NCBI GenBank assembly: GCA_964343875.1
Contig: CAYFJW010000001.1
Coordinates: 9,696-73,695 of the forward strand
Source: Candidatus Woesearchaeota archaeon
GTDB taxonomy: Archaea > Nanobdellota > Nanobdellia > SCGC-AAA011-G17 > UBA489
Reading direction: 5' to 3'
DNA length: 64,000 bases
Part shown: positions 20,653 through 31,103 of the stretch, in pieces
Layout: every line of letters begins with the position of its first letter
Position numbering within the stretch: position 1 is the first letter of the stretch
Program-made: the position numbers and the translations under genes
The notes under the pieces: generated by a model
Databases searched by the model: none
Told to the model about the DNA's origin: nothing
What the model saw: the letters and a program-made list of their open reading frames with translations, nothing else

Positions 20653-21060
20653 ATGGATTATCTAAAACTACTCAAGGAAGCAAAGGAAAAACTACCGGAT
20701 GTACAAGACACTGGTAGCAGATTCGAGATTCCTATAGTCAAAGGACACGTTCAAGGAAACAAAACAATAGTAACTAACTTCCAGCAAATAGTAGATAAAT
20801 TAGGAAGACCTAAAGAACACCTGCTAAAATTCTTACAAAGGGAGTTAGCAACACCGGCAGTCCTTGAAGACCAAAGACTAGTTTTAGGTAGAAAAATTCC
20901 ATCCGGTTTAATCAACAAAAAAGTTGATTTATACTGCAAGGACTTTGTAATCTGTAAGGAATGTGGTAAGCCAGACACAAAAATAATGAAAGAAGAAAGA
21001 GTTATGTTCCTAAAATGTACAGCATGCGGAGCAAAGCATCCAATTAAATCAAAAATATGA
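20653..21060 (+). CDS. eif2b: Translation initiation factor aIF2 beta subunit
   Basis: 135 aa. HLLKFLQRELAT motif and C-terminal zinc ribbon CKECGKPDT...CTACG. Confidence 0.9.
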   Translation: MDYLKLLKEAKEKLPDVQDTGSRFEIPIVKGHVQGNKTIVTNFQQIVDKLGRPKEHLLKFLQRELATPAVLEDQRLVLGRKIPSGLINKKVDLYCKDFVICKECGKPDTKIMKEERVMFLKCTACGAKHPIKSKI

Positions 21061-21353
21061 TGTATGTAAAAATCCACAAATCAGAACACCAAAAGGTAAT
21101 TGCGGTTTGTGATGAGGGGCTTCTAGGAAGAATAGTTGCAGATGAAAAGAAGGAGATTAACATATCCGAAGACTTCTACAAGGGAGAGTTAATGGAAGAA
21201 AAAGAAGTGTTAGAACTATTAAAAGATGTTGCAAACGCAAACTTCACAGGCGATGAGGCCGTCGCTTGTGGGATAAAAAGTGGATTAATCAACGAGCAAC
21301 ACATAATAACAATTGGAGGCGTAAGGCATGCCCAGTTCTACTCACTCGAATAA
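21057..21353 (+). CDS. DUF424-family protein
   Basis: MYVKIHKSEHQKVIAVCDEGLLG N-terminus is typical of the DUF424 proteins found next to aIF2-beta. ATGA overlap with the upstream gene. Confidence 0.6.
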   Translation: MMYVKIHKSEHQKVIAVCDEGLLGRIVADEKKEINISEDFYKGELMEEKEVLELLKDVANANFTGDEAVACGIKSGLINEQHIITIGGVRHAQFYSLE

Positions 21354-21684
21354 GGTTTTGTCTTACAAGTACAAGCCACCTGGGGACAAACACGAACAGT
21401 ACTACGAAGCAAAGATACAAATACGGCCCTTTGATGAACAAGCAATTAGATTCGTAATAGACCAAATAGACAATAATGACAGGGTGAGAATATCAAAAAC
21501 AACGCAACTAAAAACAGGAGTAGACATTTATGTTTCTTCAAGAAGGTTTGCAACCTCGATTGGTAAAAAATTAAAAACCAAATTCAAGGGAGGCAAGCTA
21601 TTAGTTACAAAAACACTGTTTTCAAGAAACAGACAGACAAGCAAAAATATTTATAGGGTTACAGTCCTATTTAGACTTAATTAA
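21328..21684 (+). CDS. NMD3-like domain protein lacking the N-terminal zinc ribbons
   Basis: YEAKIQIRP...TGVDIYVSS...YRVTVLFRL resembles the central NMD3 (60S export adaptor) domain. Overlaps the upstream gene by 26 nt. Confidence 0.5.
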   Translation: MPSSTHSNKVLSYKYKPPGDKHEQYYEAKIQIRPFDEQAIRFVIDQIDNNDRVRISKTTQLKTGVDIYVSSRRFATSIGKKLKTKFKGGKLLVTKTLFSRNRQTSKNIYRVTVLFRLN

Positions 21685-21696
21685 AAGAGGGATACA

Positions 21697-24066
21697 ATGC
21701 GTATATCTAAAGGTGTGATCTTAGTAGTATTCATGTTATTTAGTTCAATCTTTGTTTTGGCAGAATCCTTTGATTACGGTAGCTCTGGAGACAAAGTAGA
21801 GATTGAAGAAAACTTCACATCTATCCTTCCAATAATAACCTCTGCAGAGATGCCATTATTAGAATCCGCAACAATAGCAACAGATTATGGATCAACAGAA
21901 CAACACCAATACATTCATTTTGGTAACGCAATAGATGATATATTATCACCAAGAGTTAGATATGTAAAATCCGACAGTGGAGAAGTTGGATCATTTATTG
22001 AAATTACTGGCGGAACCTCCACAACAGAAGCCTTTTTTGAATATGAAGCAGTTTTTGATGAAGGTCTAGAAAGTACAAAATCATCCTCAAACAATCTAAA
22101 AGACATAGAAGACGCAAAAATAAAACTATTTGCAGATGAATATGTGATAATTGATACAAACATAGATACAAGCAGTTCCAAAGTAACACTCTTACTCGCA
22201 ACAAGCGCAATTTCAGATACAGTACTTGAAGGGGATTCAAAAGTATACTCAATCGGATCAAGCAAATATGAAGTGACCGTTTCATCTATTTCAGCATCCC
22301 CCCAAACAATAATTATGACTGTGAATGGAATTGACATAGGGAAACTAGAGGAAGATGAATACCACCAATTGGCAGATAACACCGTAATCGGGGTCAGGGA
22401 TATTGTAACTTCGTCGGGAGAGGTAAAAGACCTAGCAAACATTTACATTGGCGCTAAAACAGTTGAGTTAGAAGATACATATAGTGATAACATATTTGAA
22501 CAGGGAGTCTCTATTGATGGTTCAAGCGTTTCAGAAGGATTCGTTTTACTAAAAGGAACTTATGCCTCTGATGTATTCAAACTTACAAATCTAAAATATA
22601 GGGGAACAAACCCCTCAAAAATCTACATCCCTCAAGGTTCTAAACTCTCCTATGGAATGAGCAATCCAGCAGCCCTCTTAGGAAATTGGGATATCCTATA
22701 TCATGGCTTCAAAGATGTATCAGAATCAAAAGTTGAATTCAAGACAACAAACAAAGAAGTTTACCATATAGTCTTTGAAAACCAAAATAAAAAAACATAT
22801 AGCGTCCCCTTCTACCATGAAACTGGCAGCCTAGGTGACGGAACAGACGACACCCATATTAAAGAAAGCGCATCTTCATCAACCTTTAGCATCTCCACAA
22901 ACGATTACTTCTTCCTTTCAACAGGCTCATCAAAAAACGATAAAACATTTGCAATACAATACAATACAATTGACAAGAACAATAATAAAATCACTTTCAA
23001 TGAAATGATTGAAGGGGGCATTGTTCAATTAACCGCAACATACACTGCTTCTGAAACAGCCGGGACTCTAGGGGAAGGAAAGATAGACGTACAAGGCAAT
23101 CAATTTGATTTCTACATAGACGACTCAACGGGAAACAACTTATCAATAGACCTAGATAAAGATGGAACTGTAGAAGCAGATTCAGTTGACATAATAATAA
23201 ACGGCGGTGGAATAATAGATCCAGGGACATCTAACACCCCTGGAACAACATATAGTATACAACTCACAACAAAGGCATCTTCATTTGAAGAATCAACTTC
23301 AGATGAAACAATTACATTCCAACTAACAGGAGGGACAACGGCTGGAATACCTACAGGGGGTTTCTCTAACATAATTATTAATGGTGCCGATGACACATAT
23401 TCAGGCATGTCCGACTACGGCGCAGAATATATTCTTAGTGATGTTGTTGGTAGTAGTAACGAAGGAAATCTAATGATTAATTACCCTCTTGAGCAAAGAT
23501 TCGCAGATGTTAGTATAGAATTACTTCAGACTTCTTCAGAGTCAACATCAAAAAGTGAAACCACAAACACCTGCACAGATGGAATACAAAACGGAGACGA
23601 AACAGGAATTGATTGTGGGGGAACATGTGATCCTTGCGAATCAATAACTTGTAACAATGGAGTACAAGATGGAGATGAAACTGGGGTAGACTGCGGAGGA
23701 TCATGTGAAAACATTTGTGAATCAGAAAAGAACGAAACAAAGAAAGTCACAACACCCGTAGAGTCTTCTCAATGTCCCTTTGGATGTCTCTTCACGGACA
23801 GCGAAGAAAAAACAATCTGTCTAAAGGTTGGAGAAATAATAGAAAAAAAATACTGCAGTGCACCAGATAACTTAGTATCTCAAAAGAAAAATGGAGATAC
23901 TTGTAGCCTATCCACAGAATGCCTCTCAAATAAGTGTGAAGACAATAAATGCGGAATTGACACCAGCCCCGCAGTAGCAGCATTCAATATATTGCTAGTC
24001 CTGTTGCTGATATTCGTAGTTTTCAAGGTCCATTCTCTTATTAGAGTAAAAAAACCACCCCTCTAG
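21697..24066 (+). CDS. Large secreted surface (S-layer-like) protein with Cys-rich modules and C-terminal TM anchor
   Basis: N-terminal signal sequence, S/T-rich beta-rich body, two CxxGxQ(N/D)GDETGxDCGGxC modules. C-terminal hydrophobic helix followed by RVKKPPL. Confidence 0.6.
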   Translation: MRISKGVILVVFMLFSSIFVLAESFDYGSSGDKVEIEENFTSILPIITSAEMPLLESATIATDYGSTEQHQYIHFGNAIDDILSPRVRYVKSDSGEVGSFIEITGGTSTTEAFFEYEAVFDEGLESTKSSSNNLKDIEDAKIKLFADEYVIIDTNIDTSSSKVTLLLATSAISDTVLEGDSKVYSIGSSKYEVTVSSISASPQTIIMTVNGIDIGKLEEDEYHQLADNTVIGVRDIVTSSGEVKDLANIYIGAKTVELEDTYSDNIFEQGVSIDGSSVSEGFVLLKGTYASDVFKLTNLKYRGTNPSKIYIPQGSKLSYGMSNPAALLGNWDILYHGFKDVSESKVEFKTTNKEVYHIVFENQNKKTYSVPFYHETGSLGDGTDDTHIKESASSSTFSISTNDYFFLSTGSSKNDKTFAIQYNTIDKNNNKITFNEMIEGGIVQLTATYTASETAGTLGEGKIDVQGNQFDFYIDDSTGNNLSIDLDKDGTVEADSVDIIINGGGIIDPGTSNTPGTTYSIQLTTKASSFEESTSDETITFQLTGGTTAGIPTGGFSNIIINGADDTYSGMSDYGAEYILSDVVGSSNEGNLMINYPLEQRFADVSIELLQTSSESTSKSETTNTCTDGIQNGDETGIDCGGTCDPCESITCNNGVQDGDETGVDCGGSCENICESEKNETKKVTTPVESSQCPFGCLFTDSEEKTICLKVGEIIEKKYCSAPDNLVSQKKNGDTCSLSTECLSNKCEDNKCGIDTSPAVAAFNILLVLLLIFVVFKVHSLIRVKKPPL
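23572..23718 (+). repeat. Tandem Cys-rich modules in the surface protein
   Basis: CTDGIQNGDETGIDCGGTCDPC followed by CNNGVQDGDETGVDCGGSCENIC. Confidence 0.8.
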
Positions 24067-24104
24067 TCCCAAACTTTATAAACAGCAATAGAGGGTAAGC
24101 CTAT

Positions 24105-24479
24105 ATGTCACCATTCAAAAGGACATTCAAAAAACCTTTCAAGAAGAAAACCGGTAAGAAACCAACTGGCCCGCCTCCAGAAGAAGTACTTAGGGTTAGA
24201 ACGCCAAGAGGCAGAGAGGTAATAGGAACTATTGATCAAAGGCTAGGGGGATCCAAAATGAGAGTTAAGTGCTTAGATGGAAAAACTAGAATGTGCAGGG
24301 TTCCTGGAAGAATGAAAAGAAGACTCTGGGTTCGAGAGGGTGATGTTGTAATCGTTGAGCCTTGGGAACTTGGTGGAGATGAAAAAGGAGATTTGGTTTA
24401 CAAATACAGACCAAATCAAGTACAATGGCTTAAGAAGAAAGGAATTCTCAAGCAAATTGAAGAATTCGAAGAGTTCTAA
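24105..24479 (+). CDS. eif1a: Translation initiation factor aIF1A
   Basis: S1-like OB core: GREVIGTIDQRLGGSKMRVKCLDGKTRMCRVPGRMKRRLWVREGDVVIVEPW. Confidence 0.9.
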   Translation: MSPFKRTFKKPFKKKTGKKPTGPPPEEVLRVRTPRGREVIGTIDQRLGGSKMRVKCLDGKTRMCRVPGRMKRRLWVREGDVVIVEPWELGGDEKGDLVYKYRPNQVQWLKKKGILKQIEEFEEF

Positions 24480-24480
24480 G

Positions 24481-24996
24481 ATGTTCTCACAAGAATTGAA
24501 AATCCCACAAAAACGGGTAGCCGTTTTGATTGGTAAAAAGGGAGAAACTAAAAAACTACTTGCTAGAAAAACCAAAACAAAGATTCAAGTTTCAAAAGAA
24601 GGCAACGTCCTTATTTCTTCAGAAGAAAACATTGATTGTTTTAATGCAGTCCCCATCGTAACAGCAGTAGGAAGAGGGTTCAATCCAGAGGTGGCCCTAA
24701 TGCTCTTAGATGAAAACTTTTCATTTGAATTAATTCAAATAAAAGACTTTGCAAAGAACGAAAAAGATCTAATAAGGCTTAGATCCCGTACAATTGGAAC
24801 AAATGGCAAGGCAAGAATAATGTTAGAAAAACTAACAAACGTTCTTATTTCAGTTTATGGGAAAACAGTTGCATTAATTGGTAAAATTGAAGATATCTCG
24901 CTAGCAAAACGCGCAATAGAAAAACTACTAAAGGGCGCTCCGCACGGAAACGTTTACAAATACATAGAACTTCAAAAAAAGAAGGAACTAATATAA
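24481..24996 (+). CDS. KH-domain RNA-binding protein (Dim2/Pno1-like)
   Basis: Two KH motifs, VLIGKKGETKK and IGTNGKARIMLE. I place the start at ATG 24481, directly after the aIF1A stop. The track ORF from 24355 overlaps aIF1A. Confidence 0.75.
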   Translation: MFSQELKIPQKRVAVLIGKKGETKKLLARKTKTKIQVSKEGNVLISSEENIDCFNAVPIVTAVGRGFNPEVALMLLDENFSFELIQIKDFAKNEKDLIRLRSRTIGTNGKARIMLEKLTNVLISVYGKTVALIGKIEDISLAKRAIEKLLKGAPHGNVYKYIELQKKKELI

Positions 24997-25039
24997 ATCA
25001 CAACAATCTTTATAAATAGTTTTGAAAAAAGAGGATCGG

Positions 25040-26617
25040 ATGGCAGCCAAAAAATCTTCCAGACATAAAAATCATGCAGAAAGATTAGCTCAAGAACAAA
25101 GAGCAATATCAGTCTCACAATTCTTCGAACGTAACAGACACCTACTTGGTTTTGATAATCCTATTAAAGCACTATCCACAACAATAAAAGAGCTCGTTGA
25201 TAACTCCTTGGATGCCTGCCAAGAGATTAATGTTCTACCGGAATTAATTGTTCAGATCAAACAAAAAGGAGACAACAGATTCACAGTAATTGTAGAAGAC
25301 AACGGCCCAGGAATTGTAAAAGAACAAATTCCAAGCGTTTTTGCAAAACTGCTATACGGCTCCAAGTTCTCTAAAATGAGACAATCCAGAGGACAGCAAG
25401 GAATTGGTGTTTCAGCCTCTGTACTCTACGGACAGCTAACTACTGGAAAATCATCAAAAATAACGTCAAAAATCTCTCCAAAGACGCCAGCCCACTTCTA
25501 TGAACTCCATGTTGATGTTAACCATAACGAACCAGAAATCATTCAAGAAAAAGAAATAGAATGGACAAACAAAGACCATGGGATCAAAGTTGAAATAGAT
25601 CTAGAAGGGAAGTACCAAAGAGGGAGACTAAGCGTTGATGAATATATTAAACAAACAGCAATTTCAAACCCACATGCAACAATAACTTACATTTCCCCAG
25701 ACAACAATGTTACAAAATACAAAAAAGGCACATCCGAACTTCCAAAAGAACCTAAAGAAATCAAACCACACCCATACGGAATAGAATTAGGCGTACTAAT
25801 AAGAATGTTAAAGGTTACACCTTCAAAAACACTCCTAAATTTTTTTACAACTTCATTCTCAAGGGTATCTGCGAAAACAGCAAAAGAGATCTGTGAAAAA
25901 GCAAACATCCCACTAAACGCAAAACCAAAGAAAATCGACCACAAACAAGCAGATGCATTGTTCCATGCAATAAGCAAAACAAAAATAATGGCTCCACCAA
26001 CAAATTGTTTATCTCCTATTGGTGAAGATGTCTTAATCAAGGGGTTAAAGAAAGAGATCAACGCAGAATTCTACAGCGCGACTACAAGACCACCAACAGT
26101 TTACAGAGGAATGCCTTTCCAAATAGAATGCGCATTTGCCTACGGCGGGGATCTAAAAGGAGATGAATTAATCAAAATTATGAGGTTCGCTAACCGTGTC
26201 CCTCTCCAATACATGCAATCGGCATGCGCAATATTCAAGTCTGCACAACAAACAGCATGGAAAAACTACGGTTTGTCCCAATCAAAGGGAGCCCTCCCTA
26301 CAGCACCAATGGTAGCAATGATCCACATAGCCTCGGTATGGGTCCCTTTCACATCGGAATCAAAAGAAGCAATCGCACATTACCCTGAAATTGTGAAGGA
26401 AATTAAATTAGCACTCCAAGAATGTGGTAGAAAGTTGGGAATTTACTTAAGAAGAAAAAAGAAAGCTGCGGAATCAGAAAGAAAGAAGTCATACATTGTG
26501 AAGTACATCCCACATATGGGCGAAGCACTAAAAGAAATACTAAACTTAACTGAAAAACAATCACAAGAGGTACAAAAAATACTGAAACAAAAACTAGAAT
26601 CATCAAGAGAAAAATGA
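25040..26617 (+). CDS. top6B: DNA topoisomerase VI subunit B
   Basis: GHKL ATPase motifs ELVDNSLDA, DNGPGI, GQQGIGVS. ATG at 25040 preceded by AGAGGA. The track start at 25022 is TTG. Confidence 0.95.
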   Translation: MAAKKSSRHKNHAERLAQEQRAISVSQFFERNRHLLGFDNPIKALSTTIKELVDNSLDACQEINVLPELIVQIKQKGDNRFTVIVEDNGPGIVKEQIPSVFAKLLYGSKFSKMRQSRGQQGIGVSASVLYGQLTTGKSSKITSKISPKTPAHFYELHVDVNHNEPEIIQEKEIEWTNKDHGIKVEIDLEGKYQRGRLSVDEYIKQTAISNPHATITYISPDNNVTKYKKGTSELPKEPKEIKPHPYGIELGVLIRMLKVTPSKTLLNFFTTSFSRVSAKTAKEICEKANIPLNAKPKKIDHKQADALFHAISKTKIMAPPTNCLSPIGEDVLIKGLKKEINAEFYSATTRPPTVYRGMPFQIECAFAYGGDLKGDELIKIMRFANRVPLQYMQSACAIFKSAQQTAWKNYGLSQSKGALPTAPMVAMIHIASVWVPFTSESKEAIAHYPEIVKEIKLALQECGRKLGIYLRRKKKAAESERKKSYIVKYIPHMGEALKEILNLTEKQSQEVQKILKQKLESSREK

Positions 26618-27723
26618 CTCCAAAAAAACAAAAAAGAACAAACGGAGATACAATCAAAACTATAGACAGTTCTGCAAATGACGTTTACAAAAAAATTCTA
26701 AAGAAAAAAAGTCCAGAAATGAACTTCCCAATAAGAGCTCTTAGTAACGTAAAATACGATCCGAAAAAAGGTTTTTTTGAACTTTTAGGAAAAGTAAAAA
26801 CAAGGGCACTTAATGTAACCACAATCAAAGCATTCGCACAAACCCTAAAGATGATGGGCCTATCTAAGAACTTACTAAAAACTAACGATATCGCAACCAA
26901 GAGAGAGGCATACTATGTATCAAAGAACTGGGGAGATGCAAGATTCAAGGAACAACCAGAGTCAGACACAGTAATGGATGATGTAGAAGCAATGTTTGGA
27001 ATAAACCGTGAACAACTAGGGTTCATACCAGAAGAAAAAGGAGGCGCAGTTGCAGGAGAATTATTAGTAATTGATAAAGATCCAAACACGGGAAAAGAAA
27101 TAAAGATTGATTGTACCAAATTCGGTTCAGGAGCTTATTCAGTACCAACCTCAGTTGAACACCTAAAATTCGAAACAAAGGCAAAATTCATTCTAGCAAT
27201 AGAAACCGCGGGTATGTTTGAAAGGCTAAACAAACATGGCTATTGGAAAAAAGCAAAATGCATCCTAATCTCAATGGGCGGAGTCCCAACAAGGGCGTGT
27301 AGAAGATTCATAAGAAGATTATCGGATGAAAAGAAAATTCCGGTCTACGCATTCTGCGATGGGGATATGTACGCATTCTTTAATATTTATAGAACACTAA
27401 AAGTTGGCTCAGGTAATGCCGCACACCTAAATGAATTCTTTTGCGTACCCCAAGCAAGATTCATTGGAATAACGCCACAAGATATTGTAGATTACAAGCT
27501 TCCAACACACCCATTAAAGGAAGTAGACATTAAACGAGCAAAAGATGCATTAAAGAACGATCCATTTGTACAACAACACAAAGAATGGCAAAAGGCAATT
27601 CAACAACAAGTAAAGTCAGGTCAACGTGCAGAACAACAAGCACTAGCCAAATGGGGACTAAACTACGTTATTGACAAGTACCTCCCACAAAAGCTAAAGA
27701 ATGATAAAACTTGGCTGCCCTAA
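26614..27723 (+). CDS. top6A: DNA topoisomerase VI subunit A (Spo11 family)
   Basis: Catalytic-Tyr region REAYYVS, Toprim ILAIETAGMF and FCDGDMYAFFNI. ATGA overlap with top6B. Confidence 0.95.
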   Translation: MTPKKQKRTNGDTIKTIDSSANDVYKKILKKKSPEMNFPIRALSNVKYDPKKGFFELLGKVKTRALNVTTIKAFAQTLKMMGLSKNLLKTNDIATKREAYYVSKNWGDARFKEQPESDTVMDDVEAMFGINREQLGFIPEEKGGAVAGELLVIDKDPNTGKEIKIDCTKFGSGAYSVPTSVEHLKFETKAKFILAIETAGMFERLNKHGYWKKAKCILISMGGVPTRACRRFIRRLSDEKKIPVYAFCDGDMYAFFNIYRTLKVGSGNAAHLNEFFCVPQARFIGITPQDIVDYKLPTHPLKEVDIKRAKDALKNDPFVQQHKEWQKAIQQQVKSGQRAEQQALAKWGLNYVIDKYLPQKLKNDKTWLP

Positions 27724-27755
27724 ATCTTAAAAACTACTCCAACATTCCATTCTAA

Positions 27756-28445
27756 ATGATAATAAAAGCAGTCTTATTCGATCTAGAAATGACCTTGTTT
27801 GATGCAGAGACACATAAAAAAAGATCCGTAGAATTAGCAGTGCAATCAATGCTTAATGCCGGCCTAAAAATGGAAAAAGAAGAGGCCGAAAAATTACTTT
27901 GGAAAGAATATTTAATAATCTTCCATGGGTCCCAAGTAATATCAGATTTCTTAAAAAACAACAACCAACTAAGCCAAGAAATTCTTGATGCAGGAATTGA
28001 AGGCTACAGGAAGGTATGGGCAGAAAAAACAGAATCATATCCTGAGGTAAAAGAAACATTAACAGAACTAAAATCTTTAGGACTAAGACTGGCAATTATT
28101 ACAGACGCCCCAGTGAAAAAAGCACTAAAAAGATTAGAAGCACTGAATCTATTAGATTTCTTTGAAGAAGTAATCGGACCGGAAGATACAGGAAAATTAA
28201 AACCCTCAAAAGAACCCTTCCTAGAAGCCACAAAAAGATTAGGAATCCAACCAAATGAGGCAATTTACGTTGGAGACTGGCCAGAGAGAGATATAAAAGG
28301 AGCAAATGAGGCAGGTTTAACCTCTGTCCACGCAAAATATGGCAATGTTATCTCAGACAATAGCTACACAGGTAAGCCAAATTACGAAATAAATGCTTTC
28401 AATGAACTTCTAGGCATCATACGCTCCATTAATCAAAAACCTTAA
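27756..28445 (+). CDS. HAD-superfamily hydrolase
   Basis: Motif I AVLFDLEMTLF, motif II ITDAP, motif III/IV KPSKEPF...YVGDWPERDIKGANEAG. Confidence 0.8.
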   Translation: MIIKAVLFDLEMTLFDAETHKKRSVELAVQSMLNAGLKMEKEEAEKLLWKEYLIIFHGSQVISDFLKNNNQLSQEILDAGIEGYRKVWAEKTESYPEVKETLTELKSLGLRLAIITDAPVKKALKRLEALNLLDFFEEVIGPEDTGKLKPSKEPFLEATKRLGIQPNEAIYVGDWPERDIKGANEAGLTSVHAKYGNVISDNSYTGKPNYEINAFNELLGIIRSINQKP

Positions 28446-28524
28446 AAATCCATCAAAATACAAGATGGTACACACCTGACATCAGAACATTCTGACGTAT
28501 TAGTATAATTCATGGGGGAATCAA

Positions 28525-30144
28525 ATGACACAAGACAGCTCAAATCAACCAATATTCATACTACCAGAAGGATACCAGAGAACTCTAGGAAAAGACGCTC
28601 AAAGAAACAATATTCTGGCAGCTAAGGTCGTAGCTGAAACAGTCCGTACAACTCTAGGTCCGAAAGGCATGGACAAAATGCTAGTTGACTCCATGGGCGA
28701 CGTTATTGTCACAAATGATGGCGTTACAATTCTAAGAGAGATGCAAATTGAGCATCCTGCAGCTAAAATGATTGTTGAAGTTGCAAAAACCCAAGAAGAA
28801 GAAGTTGGAGATGGAACCACAACAGCAGTTGTTCTAGCAGGCGAATTACTAAAGAACGCAGAAACATTAATTGAAAAAAATGTACACCCCACAATAATCG
28901 CAAAAGGATACAATTTAGCAGCACAAAAATCACAAGAAGTTCTTGGCAGAATGGCAGAAACCATCGGAACCGATGATGAGTCCATCTTAAAGAAAATAGC
29001 AATGACTGCAATGACAGGAAAGGGAGCAGAATCCTCAAAAGAACTTTTATCGAATTTAACAGTAAAGGCAATCTTACAGGTAGCAAATGACGCAAAAGAG
29101 GTATCAACAAACGATATTAAAATAGAAAAGAAGGTTGGTTCAGGAATTGAAAGTTCAGAATTAATTAGCGGATTAGTAATTGAAAAAGAGAGAGTTAATT
29201 CTGCGATGCCAAAAAAAGTAAATGATGCAAAGGTATTGCTTCTAGATACTCCCATTGAAATAAAGAACACAGAAACAGATGCAAAGATCCAAATCACATC
29301 TCCAGACCAAATGGATGCATTCCTAAAGAAAGAAGAAACAATAATCAAAGAAATGACAGATAAGATCAAAGATTCTGGAGCAACAGTTGTCTTCTGTCAA
29401 AAAGGAATTGACGACTTAGCACAATACTACTTAGCAAAACATGGAATTTATGCAACGAGAAGAGTAAAAAAGTCCGACATGGAAATGTTAGCAAGGGCAA
29501 CAGGCACAACTGTTACCACAAACATAGAAACAATAAACTCAGACTCACTGGGTCACGCAGGATTAATAGAAGAAGTTAAAGTTGGAGACGAAGAGATGAC
29601 TTACGTTAGAGAATGTAAGAGTCCAAAAGCAGTTACAATTCTACTAAGGGGCGGAACGGAGCATGTTGTGGCAGAGGTTGAAAGGGCTATCGAAGATGCA
29701 ATTGGCGATGTTATCTCTTCAATTAAGGAAGGAAAGGCCGTTGGGGGGGCAGGATCTCCAGAAATAGAGCTAGCAAAGAACCTTAGGGACTTTGCAAACA
29801 CGCTATCAGGACGTGAACAACTAGCAGTTCAAGCTTTCGCAGAAGCAATGGAAGTTATCCCAAGAACCCTAGCTGAAAACGCAGGATTAGATCCAATTGA
29901 TATCCTAACTAATTTAAAGGCAAGCCACGATAGGGATGAGAAATTTGCAGGAGTAGATGTTTTCACTGGGAATGTAATTAACGCTTGGAAAGAAGGAATA
30001 ATTGAGCCTTTAAAAATAAAAACACAGGCAGTTAAATCAGCATCAGAGGTTGCTGAACTAATTCTTAGGATAGACGATGTAATTTCTAGCTCGGCCTCCC
30101 AAGGAAGTCCTCATCCAGGCCCAATGCCAGGGATGGAAATGTAA
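28525..30144 (+). CDS. ths: Thermosome (group II chaperonin) subunit
   Basis: [44 protein letters not shown]-terminal GMPGMEM tail. Confidence 0.95.
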   Translation: MTQDSSNQPIFILPEGYQRTLGKDAQRNNILAAKVVAETVRTTLGPKGMDKMLVDSMGDVIVTNDGVTILREMQIEHPAAKMIVEVAKTQEEEVGDGTTTAVVLAGELLKNAETLIEKNVHPTIIAKGYNLAAQKSQEVLGRMAETIGTDDESILKKIAMTAMTGKGAESSKELLSNLTVKAILQVANDAKEVSTNDIKIEKKVGSGIESSELISGLVIEKERVNSAMPKKVNDAKVLLLDTPIEIKNTETDAKIQITSPDQMDAFLKKEETIIKEMTDKIKDSGATVVFCQKGIDDLAQYYLAKHGIYATRRVKKSDMEMLARATGTTVTTNIETINSDSLGHAGLIEEVKVGDEEMTYVRECKSPKAVTILLRGGTEHVVAEVERAIEDAIGDVISSIKEGKAVGGAGSPEIELAKNLRDFANTLSGREQLAVQAFAEAMEVIPRTLAENAGLDPIDILTNLKASHDRDEKFAGVDVFTGNVINAWKEGIIEPLKIKTQAVKSASEVAELILRIDDVISSSASQGSPHPGPMPGMEM

Positions 30145-30175
30145 GGTTTTTATATTTCTTCCACCACTAAAAAGT

Positions 30176-30697
30176 ATGGTTCTTCGTATGAAAAAAGAGG
30201 ATGTGGTTAAGTCATCTAGATTTATTAGAAAGCACGATGCAAACAGAAAGGGAAGCAAATTAAAAGAGATTTCTAAATTTTTAGAAGAAGGGCATTCAAC
30301 AGAAATACTTGCAGAAGAAAACTTTGTTAAAAAAAGAAATAGAACAATCAACACCTTCGCACACACGATTCTTTACAAAGATAAAAAGTCAAGAATCAAT
30401 AACATAATTATTTCCCCAAAAACCACAGAAAGAGATTTATTTGAATTAATTAACAACTGCATGGATTATCTAGTAAGGAAGGGGTCAAAAGAAATAGAAT
30501 TAAAAGCACCTGCACAATTAGAAAGATTCTTCAAGAAGATGAAATTTGAAAAAATAGGAACAAAAAACAAAGCAGTCTTAATGAGATACATTGCCAAGTC
30601 CGACAAACAATCAAGCTTGAGAAAAAGGTTTGAGGATGAAGAAATGATAAAGGAAATCTCCAAAAAAACCTCAGAACAGCTGCTGAAACTAAGATAA
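30176..30697 (+). CDS. Hypothetical Lys-rich protein
   Basis: Intact 173-aa ORF in a coding-dense context. No motif recognised confidently. Confidence 0.35.
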   Translation: MVLRMKKEDVVKSSRFIRKHDANRKGSKLKEISKFLEEGHSTEILAEENFVKKRNRTINTFAHTILYKDKKSRINNIIISPKTTERDLFELINNCMDYLVRKGSKEIELKAPAQLERFFKKMKFEKIGTKNKAVLMRYIAKSDKQSSLRKRFEDEEMIKEISKKTSEQLLKLR

Positions 30698-30755
30698 CTC
30701 ACCAATAATTTTATAAAGTTTATAGGCTCAGTCTAGACAAGGAAAAAGAGGAAAA

Positions 30756-31103
30756 ATGCCAGCTAAAAAAGTTTCTCCATCGGAGCCATTAATTGATGAA
30801 CTAATTAAACACAATGTAGCTCTAGAGAAAGTATCCTTAGAACTTCTTGAGTCAATGAATAAGATGACTCGTAGAATGGACAGAATGCTTTCTTTATTTG
30901 AAGAAGCAGCAAAGAATATAGAAAGGGCGGAGAAACTTGATGAAAAGCCACTTGCTAAGCAAATCTCCGATCTAGTTGAGCAAAATAAAACAATCGCTAG
31001 AGGCCTTCTTTTAATTGAACGTTTTGTAAGGGATAAAACAACCATTGGATTCAGTCCTACTGATCTGCAACCAAAACCCCTTCCTAAATCAGAGTTAGAA
31101 TAA
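30756..31103 (+). CDS. Hypothetical coiled-coil protein
   Basis: 115-aa ORF. Its stop overlaps the start of the next gene (TAATG), indicating an operon with 31103..32104. Confidence 0.4.
   Translation: MPAKKVSPSEPLIDELIKHNVALEKVSLELLESMNKMTRRMDRMLSLFEEAAKNIERAEKLDEKPLAKQISDLVEQNKTIARGLLLIERFVRDKTTIGFSPTDLQPKPLPKSELE

Noticed and set aside
24355-24480. Upstream extension of the KH-domain ORF. Similar track extensions occur for top6B (25022), the GTPase (34745), SIMPL (51329), paralog 3 (50209), the 46241 membrane ORF and metG (63858).
   Set aside because: The extensions overlap upstream genes, or use TTG/GTG starts where an ATG with better context or a conserved N-terminus follows in frame.
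28599-29369. 256-aa ORF antisense to the thermosome gene. Similar long antisense ORFs lie at 21915..22442, 43442..44026, 41499..41891, 42600..43046 and 19441..19890.
   Set aside because: These are shadow ORFs inside strongly supported genes. Their translations are low-complexity (S/F/I/L-rich), with no motifs. This is typical of the stop-poor antisense frame of AT-rich, Lys/Glu-rich coding sequence.
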